DNA of 64,000 bases from Glycera tridactyla. Taxonomy: Eukaryota. The position numbers were made by a program, and so were the translations under genes. The notes under the pieces were generated by a model, which was not told the DNA's origin, did no database searches, and saw nothing but the letters and a program-made list of their open reading frames with translations. This document shows positions 38,601 through 52,670 of the stretch, piece by piece; the stretch's first letter is position 1, and the number at the start of each line of letters is the position of its first letter. The DNA lies in contig OZ286467.1 of the NCBI GenBank assembly GCA_965644265.1, forward strand, positions 45,012,001-45,076,000, given 5' to 3'.

Positions 38601-39887
38601 AAGTTACAGGCAGAAGTATTACCTTAAACTCAATGAAGACAGAATTGTTATCAAGTTTATCTTTACTACATGAAATGAGACGGTCCTCAATAGGTTGTAT
38701 CATGAGTCTTGACTGAAGTCAGATTGTCAACAATGAGATATTTCTGACCAAATCTATGACACAAATTGCCTTGATGAAGAAGATACACTTTTGGGAGCTA
38801 GGAAACGCCTACGCTCAGATGTTCCGACATGATGATCCCTCTTTCTCCCGAATGGAAATCTCACTTCTGATAAAGATCAAGTAAAATTAGCCTGGTTTAG
38901 GGAAAAAAAGGTACTGGTCATGGATACTAACAACTGAGTTAGATGAAAAATTCTTGCTGATTGGATGAATATCACTGATTTGATATGTTCTGTGCTGCAG
39001 GATTGAATGGATGAATACAACTCGATACCCAATGTTGCCAGGATCATTCAGCCATATGACAATGCATCAGTTTATATCTAACTTCACTACAACAACAAGA
39101 ATAAACTGACTGTTATCAGTTTACTTTCTCATGAAATATAAGAGTGACATACTCCTGATATAAGGACAGTACAGAAAGGAGTCCAATTTTGGCTTAATTT
39201 TCTACATTCTTTGAAATGTGGCATTGATGAGATGATGATATTTGAACAAGCCAGAAGTTATTACGATAGTTTCCGTGAAGGTGTAGAAAGTTTTCATTCA
39301 GCAACACTGTGTCATGTGGAAGTGGAAGTAGTTAGGATTGCCCTTACTGTTCACCTCACTGAATAAGCAAGACTGCCTATCAGAACAAATCATATCCTGT
39401 GAAGATATCAGCAGAAACTCATGGAACATGATGAACCTATCATCTGAATGATGAGCGGATTTGGACATTTTCCCACATGATGTGACAGTATGTATGGCTA
39501 ACAGACTGGTATCTTTCAATATACGATGTTCTCATCAGGCAAATAATTTTGTGCTTCCTCATCCTATAGACTTGTTAATATCAAGACTGTCACTATTTTG
39601 ATGGATGTTTTTTTTATACTTTTGAAGCTCACACTCACAAGATGAGCCAATAGACATCATATATACCAAAAGATGGTGCAAATGTGTCTCGAATTACAAT
39701 CAAGCCGTTGTTGAGGTGTTTTTGAAGATATCCAAGTTCACAATACAAATTATGGTCAAGCACTCACTCTATCTCTATATGCATCTTTGATAATTTCAAA
39801 AGGACCAGAACTTTTCACAATTTAGGAAGGATATTGATGAGTGATGAGGATAGCATTGGTTGATATCATTTTTTAGCTTACTAAGAG

Positions 39888-40289
39888 ATGCAAGCACGAG
39901 GGAAGGCACTAAAATCGCACAAGACAGTACATGATTATACAACACAGCTTAACGTCATGGCAGCAAGCACCCGCTGTGGACTATCTAGCCAGGAAGACAT
40001 CGAGGGAGGCCCAGTAGATGGAAGCATCTTTCCAGGAGACACAATAGCCAGCTGCACTCAATCTGCCATCTACCAATGCTGGAAGCAACATCAACAACAC
40101 AAAAACTTCTTCCGTTTTCAGAATTCTACCACGAATGTGTCCATTATATGTGGAAAAACTGGTCAATATGGCAATTCACATGCATTGGCCATGTTTGAAA
40201 TTCTGATTCATTACGATCAAGTCATATGTAATTTTGTGATATCAGGAAAACACTTCACACCCATTGTTTCAGCAACTGACGCTCATTAA
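39888..40289 (+). CDS. Orphan 133-aa ORF just after a plus-strand acceptor; possibly part of a transcript divergent from the CpG island
   Basis: Acceptor-like atcattttttag ending near 39876, ATG 11 nt later. A plus-strand donor GCA|GTAAGT lies upstream near 38599. No recognisable domain. Confidence 0.2.
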   Translation: MQARGKALKSHKTVHDYTTQLNVMAASTRCGLSSQEDIEGGPVDGSIFPGDTIASCTQSAIYQCWKQHQQHKNFFRFQNSTTNVSIICGKTGQYGNSHALAMFEILIHYDQVICNFVISGKHFTPIVSATDAH

Positions 40290-43128
40290 AATTTTGAACT
40301 AGGATATTTGTCAATTGACTCTATTTCAAAGAATATTGCACCGGTATTACATCAGCACACTATCCCAATCTCAACTGACAGGGAACTTTCGCATAACCAG
40401 ATATCCACAATTATTGAAATGAGGGTAGCCGCATATATCAGTATGCAACATTGATAGAGTGAGACAATTCAAATGAGTCTCAGCGAAATTGGATAAAGGG
40501 CAATTCGATTGCCCCATCATAAAAAGTGCAGCTGTCTTGTCTCATGTTGATTGTAATGGCAGATCATGAAAATTTGTTGAATTTCAAGAAATCAATGACT
40601 CACTTGGTTGAGCTACTGATCGGAGTCACATACATGGATGTAATAATACAAAAAAGGTATAACATATGTAGGCACACTTGACTGACTTCGGGACACATTG
40701 ATGTTCAAGTATATGACAAGAGTAATCCTTCAATTACTGAAATTTATGAAAACCTAAGCTCTTTTTGAATCATGAGTGTCTGCCTCACCTAACATACTAT
40801 CAGAGACCACAGTATCTCCGGATGTTTAATATATCAGCTATACATATTTAGTTTGAGTACCAACATATCAAACCACATGTTCTTGAACAGTTTTCCATCA
40901 AAGATGAGATAATTTTTATAATCTTCATGAGTCAATGCTCATTTTTTTTCAGAAAGTAACTGTCCAAGAACATCAGGATTTGACAATAATCACCACTTAC
41001 AGTAGATGAATCCTTGATGAATCATGCAAATAATATCCGGACCAAACATCTTTCTCCGCAATCACTGGTTGTTTTACCAGCAAACATGAAAGTATTTCAA
41101 CAACATACTAGAAAGTTGATGAATAATTAATATAAAATGAGGATTAACTTCTCTGTATATATGTGCATGATTCAACAGAGATATATTCAACCCAGAACAT
41201 ATATCAAGCACTAGACTGGTTATTTACAGGGAACATTACTGTTAATTTAAAACTGGTTAACAAGCCTTGTTATATAGAATACAGCTCTGTCTGACCGTGC
41301 AATGGCCCTATAGTTGATGTTTCTGCTGGTATGAACCTCAGTTACAGAAAAAACAATTATTTAGTAATCGAAAAGCAGGCAGGTTATTGATACAATCAGA
41401 TAGAGTACAATATCATACTGAAGACCAATACAACACATGACTGTTAATGAAAGTGGAGGTATATTTTGGATGAGGTTCATCAAGCAAGGAAAAATAAGTA
41501 AATGGGTTAAGAGTAAGGGCTATAACATTGTCAGACAAATATTAAATGTATAGATAGATATATGTATATATATGCATTTGATAACTTGCTTCAATTTATG
41601 GATTTGCTTAAGCAGATTGCTAATAGCAATAAGTGGTACCTCTTTTTTTGTTTTCTTTGTCAGCGTTGACTGCATTAGCCGCGCGCACTTTCGCTCCTGG
41701 TTGCCGGCAAGTGTGAAAGAAATGCACTCATTAATATAGGTTATTTACAACTTCAAATATTTTACCTAACCGATGTCATTATTACCATCTCAACCTTTTT
41801 CTTGCTTGAAATCTTTATGTCAAGGTTGTACACAATACTTTCACAATAAACCCCATACTGAATGAATACTAAACTGTCCATTTTTTCCATATAAGAATAT
41901 AATGCAGTTTTGCAGAGAATAACTTCTGGGTAGATTTATAAATTAATTTCCAGCATGGGATCTACAATGCTCATGTCTCATGGTGTTTTGGGGTGAAATA
42001 ACAGTTGTTGATGCATTATGGAAGGCACTGTTCATGAAAGTTCACAAAATCAGCCACACATGTGGAGTCAATTATTGCCACCAATCATCAATGGTCAGTC
42101 AGCCAGGTACGTTTTTGCTACAGAATCATGATCATAAAGACCATATGACTATTATATGTTGCACCAGCACTTCACACTATTTTCTTAGCTGGATACATTG
42201 GATATATATAATTTGACTTCGATGGAGGCAGCAGAAATGCTGACAAGCAACAATTACAATGGGCTTCCCATGCAAATACATGTCCATCAGCAATCACTTC
42301 ACTTTGCGACACAGGCAGGTGAATAGAAACAAACAAATTAAATTCAGAAAATGAATTTCTAAATTGGAGAGGTGAATCAATATGATGACTCCACATGATT
42401 TTCACACTGTGACATTTGTAAAAATGAATGTCATTCAATTCAGCATCAAGCAAACCCAATTTACTTCCATGTCTTCCAAGCAGTTTTTCATCAATTTGTT
42501 AAATATGATTTGTCACACTTTGAAGTAAACTGATCAATGTTCACGAGTGGTTTATTTTCTATCCACCATTCCCTTGCTCTGAAATTTTCTGATCACTGTA
42601 GGTGGATCTAACTTATCCCAAAATTTGTGAATGTAACACTCATAACATACATCTGGAAAACGTTGTGTGAGAAAATCATACTGATCCATAAACAGAGCAA
42701 CATGACTGCTCATCACACGAATAGTATGCAAGCGTTTGCTTTGTAGAAGAATCTGAAATGATACTGATGTGGATTGAGAATTTGTAGGTAATCACACTGA
42801 AAATGCCTGCCTTTTTGGCATGACTGTAGGATAAGAGAACTTGACCGGACAAGATTTTATAGATCCTGAAAGAGGAACAAAGGATCATTCCATTTGTAAG
42901 TGAATCTTGAGACCATTTTATTTCGCATAAGAAATGTTGGGAGCACATCAGGCAGCAATGCTTAACTCCAATTTTTCCATAGTAAACATTGATCATATAC
43001 CTCAAAAATATTATTTTTACTATACTGTGATATGTGAATCTTTTGAATTCATCCCTGTTGTTTACTTGATGTTCACATTATATCCATTAATATTTGTTAA
43101 TTATCTTTGAAAAAGCAATGAATTGTAC

Positions 43129-43221
43129 CTCGTTTCTTATCTTTTTTTGCAGCTTTACCGCGTTTATTTTTTTCCTCTTTTTCAGCTGCCTCTCCATTTT
43201 CAGGGTTGTCTTCCTGCAGGC
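43129..43221 (-). CDS. Candidate symmetric exon, 93 nt (GLQEDNPENGEAAEKEEKNKRGKAAKKDKKR)
   Basis: Acceptor gaaatcttacag, donor G|GTACAA (weak). Phase 1-1. Charged, protein-like composition with the frame kept across several A-runs. Confidence 0.45.
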
Positions 43222-44079
43222 CTGTAAGATTTCAAGGTGTCACATCAGCTTTCACACTTCAAAACAATCATTTCAAACTTGAAGGTCACACAAAAGGAAA
43301 CACAGACTCAGATTGCCTCTCTCTCAATGATTTGCATCATGGTCATTCCTTCCACAAAGATATTGAAATAATACAACCTGATGAAAAAAACTGATCATAT
43401 GGGAGACTCAATTGATATGAATGAAATATTCTATGAGATTTTGGGCAATTATTAGATGATTGACACATATTTCTCTTTCGTTTTTCCATCTGATCATCAT
43501 GTCCCCCCCCCCCCCCCATTATCAAAATAATTAGAGGCAGATAAGATCCTGTGTTCTTTCATCAGTACTGGAATGTTGCGATTGATGGCAGGCAATCTGT
43601 GTAGCTTGTATGCATGATGCTGCATCACAACACTTTGATATCCAGTGTTCTTTTACATATAAAGGTGTGACATATCACTGACACTATTCATAATCAGTCC
43701 CAGAAGGATAAGATGCCATACTATTAAGTAGCAAAATCATGGTGAGATTAGATTTCAATTGGACGACACAATATGAAGCTCCATTAGTGAAGAAATTGTC
43801 TCTGGCTGAACTTGACTGTCTTATATCAAAACTGGAATGTGCTATACAAGACTTCCTTCATAACAACCATCTATCCAGAAACGAAATTGATAGCATGGGG
43901 CAGAACTGGTGAATGTTCTACTCAGACAGACACGGCATTCATTCATTCACACACCAGTGGCTGTACTTATTACCTTTTGGGTATTGACGACAAGTGGCAA
44001 TAGAGCAATATTCAAGCAGAATCATTCAAAGATATTGATATTGATATATATTTGCAACTGATATTGATGTTGTTTTGTG

Positions 44080-44130
44080 TATGAGTGTTTGTGTGTGTGT
44101 TTGTGTCTTTGTGTGTGTGTGTGTGTGTGT
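44080..44130. repeat. Imperfect (TG)n microsatellite
   Basis: Seen directly. Confidence 0.9.
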
Positions 44131-47100
44131 GCATCCGTAAATTTGTATGCCAGCATGTGTGAGTATCCGCATATGTAGATGAGGATATCCATTAATGTTT
44201 GAAGTCTATATACAGTGAAATAGTAGCAAGGACACCTTTTATATGGACTGCAGTTCATATGAATATAAATAAACTGGAAAATTTTGAAATTTAACATTTA
44301 TAATTGAACTTCAGACCAAAGAATAGAATATATGTTTAGGACTATGTTTGAATATTGAGCAAGCATATGTACATTTCAAATTAGAAAAACACTTTTTGAC
44401 AGTATGACAATTATTAAAATGCATATTTTCCAATTTCATATTTTGTTGATGGTACCCGACCCGTCTTGTTCTTGTTGAGACAGAGAATGTGTACTATGTC
44501 TGGAGAGAATTACTCTGCAGGATTCATTCATAGTACAAGTTCTTCATATCACCACCATATTCAATACTGGTGAATTATCTGAGACTGAACTATTACTTTA
44601 TTTTCTATGAACCAGGGCCATTTGTCTGTGATTTTTTTCAACTTGGGAAAATCAAAATCTTGCTCAGAGGTATTGATCGAATATGTATATAGAACACGAG
44701 GGACAATCTTACAGCAATTTTTCCAGGTCATTCACATCATTGAGGAATGCATTCATTCACTTTCCAGTAGATACCATCATGTTTGTACTTGCAAGTAAAT
44801 CTTCTAGAGTCATGAGCAATGACCAATATATCAATGAGAGACGTATAGGATTCCATCAGCAAAATATGGATTAAAGCTTGCTGATTCAAAAATGTTTAAG
44901 CGGAATTTAAGTGGACACAATTGTCTGAACATTAAAAGCAGAACAATCAAGGGAACATGTTAGTAATGTATAAGTTTTTTATAAGGGAGAATTCAAATAA
45001 GAAATGGATCATATAGGAATGATTTTTGATTAAACTCTTTATAGGCAAGTCATTGAAATAGCAAGAAGAATGGGCCACCTAATCCACGAATAACTGAAAT
45101 CTGAATCTCACATACACGACAGAAACCTTTGATGGTTATTGCCTTCATGTAGGATTAATGATCTCATGACAGAATCAATTATTTTCTGAGTTCTAACTGC
45201 ATGAGTATATCATATTTGAAGTGAACACCTGAGAAATTGTTTTAGTATCAGATGCTTATTCAAGCTCTGTCATAAATGCTCTTTGCATTTGTGAGCGAAC
45301 TACAGTAACTGGGAGCACACGAATCAAACTTGCGCTTAGAGGTGATACTTCAGTAAGAAAATCCAAAGCTTCTGAATATACAAATCAAGAAAGCTGCCAA
45401 TATAAGCTGCTTGCTTGAAACATACCCATCAAAGTCAATACTAGTCATTTCTAGTGATAAGAGTCAGTCTACTGACCACAGCTGGTCACTAGGATTTAAT
45501 GAAATCATATTTCAGAATCTTGAGACTAATTCTTTGAAAATGTTTTCTTGTCATCACATGAGTGTTGCCTTACATGATCCACTAAAACTGCAATGTCCAT
45601 GAGCATCAAATAGAGAGAAAAGGACTATATTAGCCATGAGCAGTGCATATTTTAGTGGATCTAAACTGTGGATGTTGAATGTCCACCTAATGTTGCTACT
45701 CATTTGTACAGATTCAGATAGATCATTCCAGACTAGGGCCCATTCTCTTTCCGACTCATTTTATAGGAAGGAGGGATTTATGAAATGATGTCACAAACAA
45801 GGGGGCTGTACATGCTACAAACACCATCAGGGTGTGCCCAATGTAGCAATGTCAGAGCATGGACAGACAGACAGACAGTGTCCTACCGATGTCCTTTCCA
45901 TCATCAGCCAATAGGACTCTCCGTAGGCACTGACCTTTTGACTCAGACTCACCAACTATCTTAAGCCATGCACGAGATCTCTCCCATGTGTAGGAGAAAC
46001 TTTCATACTCCGGAGCACCACTACACATGCCCACTTTGACGGCACATGGAATAAATGTCTTGTAGCTAAATCCTCCTGGCGGGTGATAGGAGGAATTTTT
46101 GGGGTCCACATTCTTTGCCGGCCTCACAAAAGTTACTCGAATGAAGCGCACCATTGCACAACTTTCAATCTTGTCCACAAAGTTCACACCAGTGTGTACA
46201 TTCTCTGCAACAAAGCAAACACAAACGGATTACATTAAACAAATGTTTTTCCAGCCAGGTAGGTCAATATCTATATGATGCGCGTGCAGTATGTAGTAGA
46301 AAACTATGGAAGATCCAGAGTAACACAAATTCCACAGATACTTCATGGACACGCTTTGGGAATTTTTACCAGTATATTTATACCTGAATACTTTGCTCCA
46401 GGGAAAGGGGGGGGGGGGGGGGGGACTGCTCACTGAAAAGAGATGTTGATCTCGAGTCAAGGGAGTGGAGTAGCCAGTCAAAAACATATTTAAAACATTT
46501 CTTTTATGTCAGTGATGCTGAAAAAATATGATCATCCACGACTGATCAGATCCTGGGAAGTCAAACCGGCTTGAGACCACGGCATTTAGTTCCAGAATTT
46601 TCTTCATGGAATTTCACCGTAATGACACTAGATGGCACTTGCAACTCCCACTTCCTGTTTGTTTCTATCACTACCATGGCAATGTATGTGAATAAGGGAT
46701 GTAATTCCAGGGGATTCAATATAATATATACAATTTGATAAGTCATTCTGATCATCATATGTTACACATGAAGTAGAATAAATTCCATTATACACCTGAT
46801 ATTATTGAACTACAGCAAGTGCGGAATTAGCTATTCAATCCTCTGATTTACTGAAAAATCACTATCATTGCTCAGCAATTTCCAGCATTATGCCAAAAAT
46901 TAAAAATTACCAGTATGAATAGCTGTGCCAATCTGCATAATAAATTTTGATCAAATGATTATATCAGTCATCTAGCAAAGGAAGAGGAACGATCATTCTA
47001 ATGAGTAGGCACCTCACTGAATCACTGACAATGTATATACAAAGGCCACATTCCTACAAAGGTGTTGACAGCAATGGCATCTTCCATAGCAAACAACCTC

Positions 47101-47773
47101 CCCACTAACCTACTTTGTAGGGCTGGGAGCTCGCCACCCGTAGTTTTGGTGGCCTTGCATTATGGCCTACTACTATATTCCCTTTCTTTATATAATGTCA
47201 ACTGGAGATAAATATTAGAGTTTGATGTTTCATGTGTAAAACTCATAGCTGCTTATACTATGCCAACAATACTCAATCTGAGCCGTTGGCACCTGTATAT
47301 ATATCCTCGTATATATGTTGATCAGTCTATTCGTGTGTGATATACCGTATTTCAACATGTGCTGCAATCATTATTGCACACAGTGTGTTATAATTTTTAT
47401 AGCTTAGTATACTCTAATTGTGTAACTTTATGAAAGCAGTTAGAAGTGTGATAGTCCGAACCAGAAACCCTTGAATGAGTCAATGTGTAATTGTTGATAA
47501 TATGTATAATCAAGATAGAGGTTTAAGGTCAACTGAGTAGAAACATTATTTCAGAACCGTGATGTGACTAATCGCTCCTTTGTAGGGGCGGGGATCATGC
47601 GCAGATGATGTTTAAAAATTGTTATGTGGATTGAATTTTGTTTGTATATATTGATTTGTCTGTCGCTTCTTGTCACAGAAATAAAATACATAATTACATT
47701 ATTACTATCAAATATATATGTGTCCCATAAAATGTTCATCAAATCCCTGTCATTTGTGCTATCCAGTGCCTTT

Positions 47774-47898
47774 TTTTTCAACAGGATCTTTTTTCTGTAT
47801 TTATTGGCATTTCGAAACACTCCAGCTAGTTTGGAAACAATTGCTTCATTTGGAAATGATTGATATTATCGAAATTTCAGTGAATTGTCCCACCCCTA
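47774..47898 (+). repeat. Interspersed repeat, copy 2
   Basis: Matches 27578-27750 with an internal deletion. Confidence 0.75.
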
Positions 47899-49404
47899 CT
47901 ACTTTGTCATCCAACCTCGGGTTTTCTTTGTAGACAAGTTCATCTGTACTAATTATTTCCAAATCATTACATTCTCTCCGTCAAATTTCCTATCATCTGT
48001 TCAATGAAGTAGAGACATTGTAACAAATGTTGTCAAGGTCTGGTCCTCAGTTTGCTAGAGTGAAACCTGCCATGATGCACTGATTCAAATGTCATTAAAC
48101 AGTAATCTCTCAAAAGGAGTGATTGCTCATCCGAGGTATATTTGACTGTGCCAAATAGAAAGCCTGCCCTGCACAATGAAAGAGTCCAGTAACCCCTGAT
48201 AGATGGCGATATGCCTAATATACTGTCACCATAAGTGCTTTCCTTGGGAGAGACATGTCTGGAAGTTGAAGGTCATGGCAGTGCTAGAGGAAGAGGAGGT
48301 TTCTAGGGAAGCTTGGTGATATGTACATGAAGAACATCTACTTCTTGTCTCCCTTGTTCTCCCCCAACCCAACACATTGTTGATTCATATAAAGCGAGCA
48401 GCAGGTTGATATTTGATTGCCCAGTTGATTTTCTCTCTCACATGCTCTATAATTACACAGAACACCCCCCCCCCCCACACACACACACACACTTGGTACT
48501 TATTATGACTCCTTTGCTTTCAGACTTTGCTTTCAATCAAGCATTCCAAGACAGTTAAGTCGTTATTTCAAAACAGGATATTTTCTCCCATCATATTAAT
48601 GACCGGGTGATTTTTTTTGCCAAATGAACATCTAAATAAGATGTGAGGTGCAAATTATCAGCACAACTTTAGATGGTAAACACCCTAATTTGCATAATTC
48701 ATGTGAAGTACTATTCTTAGATCGCACCATGAGGTATCCCCATCATACCTTATTCCCTACCACCCCATTTGGTCTGGCTTGCATTTTTCCCCTCTATATC
48801 ATTTTTGAACTGTGCTCATGGGGTGCTCATGTGGTAAACATACCATATTCTCTACAACCCTGGCCTCCCTTATGATTTTTTCTCTTTATCATGTTCGGGT
48901 GCCACTATCTCTCAGGCAATAGGGTTTGTTGTCAGAGAAGATACGATGGCCATCCCCTGAAGAAATATATGTTTGCACCATGGTATTCATGAGTTCACTG
49001 ACAAGACTAGGCACAATTGACTGTAATTTGATTAGTATTCCCAATCTTGCGACCAGGTGTAACATATCATGTATCGTAGGATATGTATCGTGGTGTGAAT
49101 TGATATGTAATGCGCATCAGAGCATCTGTGTACCGGTGAATCATTTCGTCCCTAATTGTGACACACATACAATCATTGAAGACTCCTCCTAATGATATTT
49201 ACAGACATTCAAGGTATCGTTTTTGGTATCAAGGACATTGATCACAGTGTTACCATGTAAACATGGGATGGTTCCACTAGGTCACTTAATTTTGGATACT
49301 GTGTTACACAGTGATTGGGAAACTAATCAGCCAACTCCACTTTGCATTTGCTAAGATATAAGTAAGTTGCTGGCTTGTGGCTGCCATCCTCCCCTGAATG
49401 AGAC

Positions 49405-49490
49405 ATAGGTGAACCTGTCTATAGATGCCACATTTGGTAGGATAAAAAGTGGCTTTGTAGATAGATGACCTTTATAGACAAGTGGTCCCT
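49405..49490. mobile_element. Decayed Tigger-like MITE fragment
   Basis: gtgaacctgtctatagatgccac...aaaaagtggc...tagacaagtggtcc resembles the MITE family termini. Confidence 0.35.
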
Positions 49491-50161
49491 CATGCATGAT
49501 CAACTGTTCTTCTCAAAATAACAGAATTTTCTTTGGTCTAGGGCTCATAAACTGGAGCTTCACATCGCAACCTGGGGGTTGCCAATTGTCACAAAACATC
49601 AACTTTGGCTACCGAAAGTCCCAAATCAGGAGCAAGCTGGTCAATGAAATTATGAGAATTTCCAATACTGTCACTACTGAGTGGCTCCCAAATTTCAGAT
49701 TCAGCTCCCAGAATTTGTTTGGAAGAGGCTGGTCATGCTTATGATAATTCTGGCCAATGTTGAGCCCCAGTCAAGAGGGAAATATGCAATACTGGAATGA
49801 GTACTGGAAGAAATAATGAGCTACTAATACCATGCATCAATATTGGCCGAAAGTTAGTATAGAACATATCATGATCCATATATCTGCATCAACACAATGA
49901 TCAATGAACTACAGTGGTGCATGTTCCAAGCATGAGCCCAGGGGATGGGGAAAACTGTGTGCTTAGAGCAAGTCCATGCCTAATACTCATTAATGGTAGT
50001 GGAGAATAACCTGGTGGGATAACAAGAACTTGGTACGAGTCTTGCTTAATAAGGTCAGCTGTAGATCATCATCAACTGGTACAGGTACTGTTACCTCCTG
50101 TCTTTCCATGAGCACCCAACTGACCAACACAACCTATAACTAGCTGTATGGTTGCAAATAC

Positions 50162-50272
50162 CCGTGATATTGGTTTTTTTCTCAGGATACAAGTGATCGG
50201 AACGAGGATGGTCACATTTTTCAATAATGGTCCAATCTGCTTGAGAGATTTCTTCTGTTGTTCCATGACCAC
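50162..50272 (-). CDS. Candidate symmetric exon, 111 nt (GHGTTEEISQADWTIIEKCDHPRSDHLYPEKKTNIT)
   Basis: Acceptor gttttttgtgagcag, donor G|GTATTT. Phase 1-1 frame is open. Confidence 0.4.
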
Positions 50273-51424
50273 CTGCTCACAAAAAACAATGGACGGATGA
50301 CCACAAAAAGTAACCAACTTTTATATAAAGGCCACCTACCCACCATATCACAATGATGGTCTCATGAGTCCACATCCAATAATCAGCTTCATGTATCCAA
50401 ATGCAGGATATGTGTGAGAGTCCTTGCACTTACTTCATGATAACTCTGAGGTTGTTCCCAATCAATTCAATGAGCAATTTTCTATTCTTGTTGGAGCAAA
50501 TGCTGTATTCTGGGATTCTCTGTGGTTTTTTGTAGCCTCATGGAAAGTTTGCACACCGCATATACTGCAGATAGGCACAGCAGCTTTCCTCCAACTTTCT
50601 CAAGGTCAGCAAAACCAAATCTAAATAGACACACCCCTTTGCCTCCCTGAAGATCCATCAGCTGGTAGTCATATTACCAAATATTTTATACAAATCACCA
50701 TGAAATAAGATGGTTCTTTGGCAGAATATTTCATGATTCACACTTTCCAAAATGATAAGTTATTTCTTATGATTATAAACATGACATTATTTTGTCAAAA
50801 GTCATTGGATTTCCATTGTTTGCAATTAGCCTTATCTTGTTATTTTTGTTGTTACTGTAGTTGTTTCAAAATTGTTTTCAGTCAGTTAGTGAAGATGTAT
50901 ATGGTAATTTGAGCAGGTTGAGATAGCAACTACTCAGTACTCACAGTATAATATAGCAGATCTCATAGCTTATGAAGCACATCCGTAGTCCTACCTCAGC
51001 GAGTGGCTACTGCACTGAGCTCTAGTCAACCTCCTGTGACCTGGGTACTGTACATGTACTTCAGTTAGGTCACATGTTGGTAGGATCTCCCCATATATGG
51101 CAGGGAGTGTGATGGCCCCGGTCCCTGTTCAAGTCGGGCCTGGTGGTGGTTGAGTGTATCGCTTCCGCTACTCCCCTTGTTTCACATGGTTGTTGGAAAG
51201 GTATATGTGTGTTCAACCATAAGTTAATTTGAACAACTTGTTTGCATGACCATATATGATCCCTTGAGATCATTTCTGGCCATGTTTGCTTCTGTTGTAT
51301 CTTATGCCATGAAGAATTTCTCAGAGGCCGCCTTTGGTCACATTGGAAAATCATCTTTGTAGGCTGGTGATAGATTGTAGAGTGGTAATTCACTGTAGAA
51401 AGTACTATCACACTCAGGGTGTAC

Positions 51425-51476
51425 TTGTAGGCAGGTGGCACCTGAAGAAAGGTGGTCTCTCAAGCAGGTTGGACTG
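51425..51476. mobile_element. Solo Tigger-like TIR end
   Basis: GGTGGTCTCTCAAGCAGGTTGGACTG followed by TA. Confidence 0.45.
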
Positions 51477-52594
51477 TATTGTTTCATACAAAACATGATC
51501 CCTTCATATATATTGCTAAAGCCACAAATTTTGCCTCATGAGGTAATTTATCTATTGCAAGTGTTTTAATGGTGTGTAATATGTATTTTATATAACTGAG
51601 CTGAAGCTGCACTAATCTTATGTATTGGTGCTTTTACGGAAAATTTATTAATCAGGATTTATTTATGTTGAATAATATAGCACTCCTACTGAATGGTATA
51701 TTGCAATTTTATTCAATAATCATCCATTCTTGCTTTCATACCACGGATAATCCATTGATGAATCAAAAACTTGAAGTGTATCAGTTCCAAACTCTAGCCC
51801 AGATCATCATGCTGCGCGTATAAATACAATAACAAAGACAGCGTCACTAGGTGATCGAGGCTAGCGTCGCATGGGAAGCACTGTTACATCACAATCAGTA
51901 TGTGATATCTAGGTTACAGCCAATTATGACGTCATCAAGCATTGCACAGTGTGCTAAAATGAATACGCATAGACTGACAAGATGATGAATAGGTCATCGA
52001 ATTGGCACTAATTTTCACCAAGAATCCATTTTAAAATGGACCGGTCGATTTGTATTGATACATTCCAAATCACTCCAGTTAACTATTGAGAGTAATGAGT
52101 CAAAATATCACCAAATAACATCGCCGATAGTATCCATTAGATATTTCTAAAACCATGGTATATTTGTCACAACATACCATGGGTCTGTATCTCACTGCAG
52201 GATAACAAATGCTCGGTCAACATTGAAAGGGAGAGATTTGATGCATGGAGGAAGGTGACTGACATGACTTTGGACATAAGAAGGCATAAGTCTATCTCAA
52301 AAAACCAACAAAGGAAAATGATGACTAGGGCTCATTTGTTCCAGAAATATACATTTGATATGAGTCCTGTCTTGTTGAAAATGAAGAGCAATGATATCCA
52401 TTATGAAGAAGTAACAGTGATCAGTTGATTCAAAACCCGTTTTGATTGACTAAATTGATTACTGGGCAAATTGTGTTAACACTAACATTCACATGCAGTT
52501 TTGGCAGTGATCACAAGTGAAAAGCAGACCTGTCGCATGTTCATCTGATATTACCAACACCCTGGCCATTTGGGCTATATTGAGACACCCATAC

Positions 52595-52670
52595 AATGGC
52601 CATGGGTGGGATAATTCAAAACTCCTCCATCTGGCTCCCCAACAGGAGAAAATTTATGAAATTCACAGAC
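52595..52670 (-). CDS. Candidate exon, 76 nt (VCEFHKFSPVGEPDGGVLNYPTHGH)
   Basis: Strong acceptor ttttgtcattcttcctcag, donor T|GTATGG. Only phase 0 is open. It ends in phase 1, matching the 111-nt exon. Confidence 0.35.

Noticed and set aside
51070-51441. 123-aa minus-strand ORF with an apparent acceptor at about 51443
   Set aside because: The apparent acceptor lies within a Tigger-like MITE end, and the ORF has no recognisable features.
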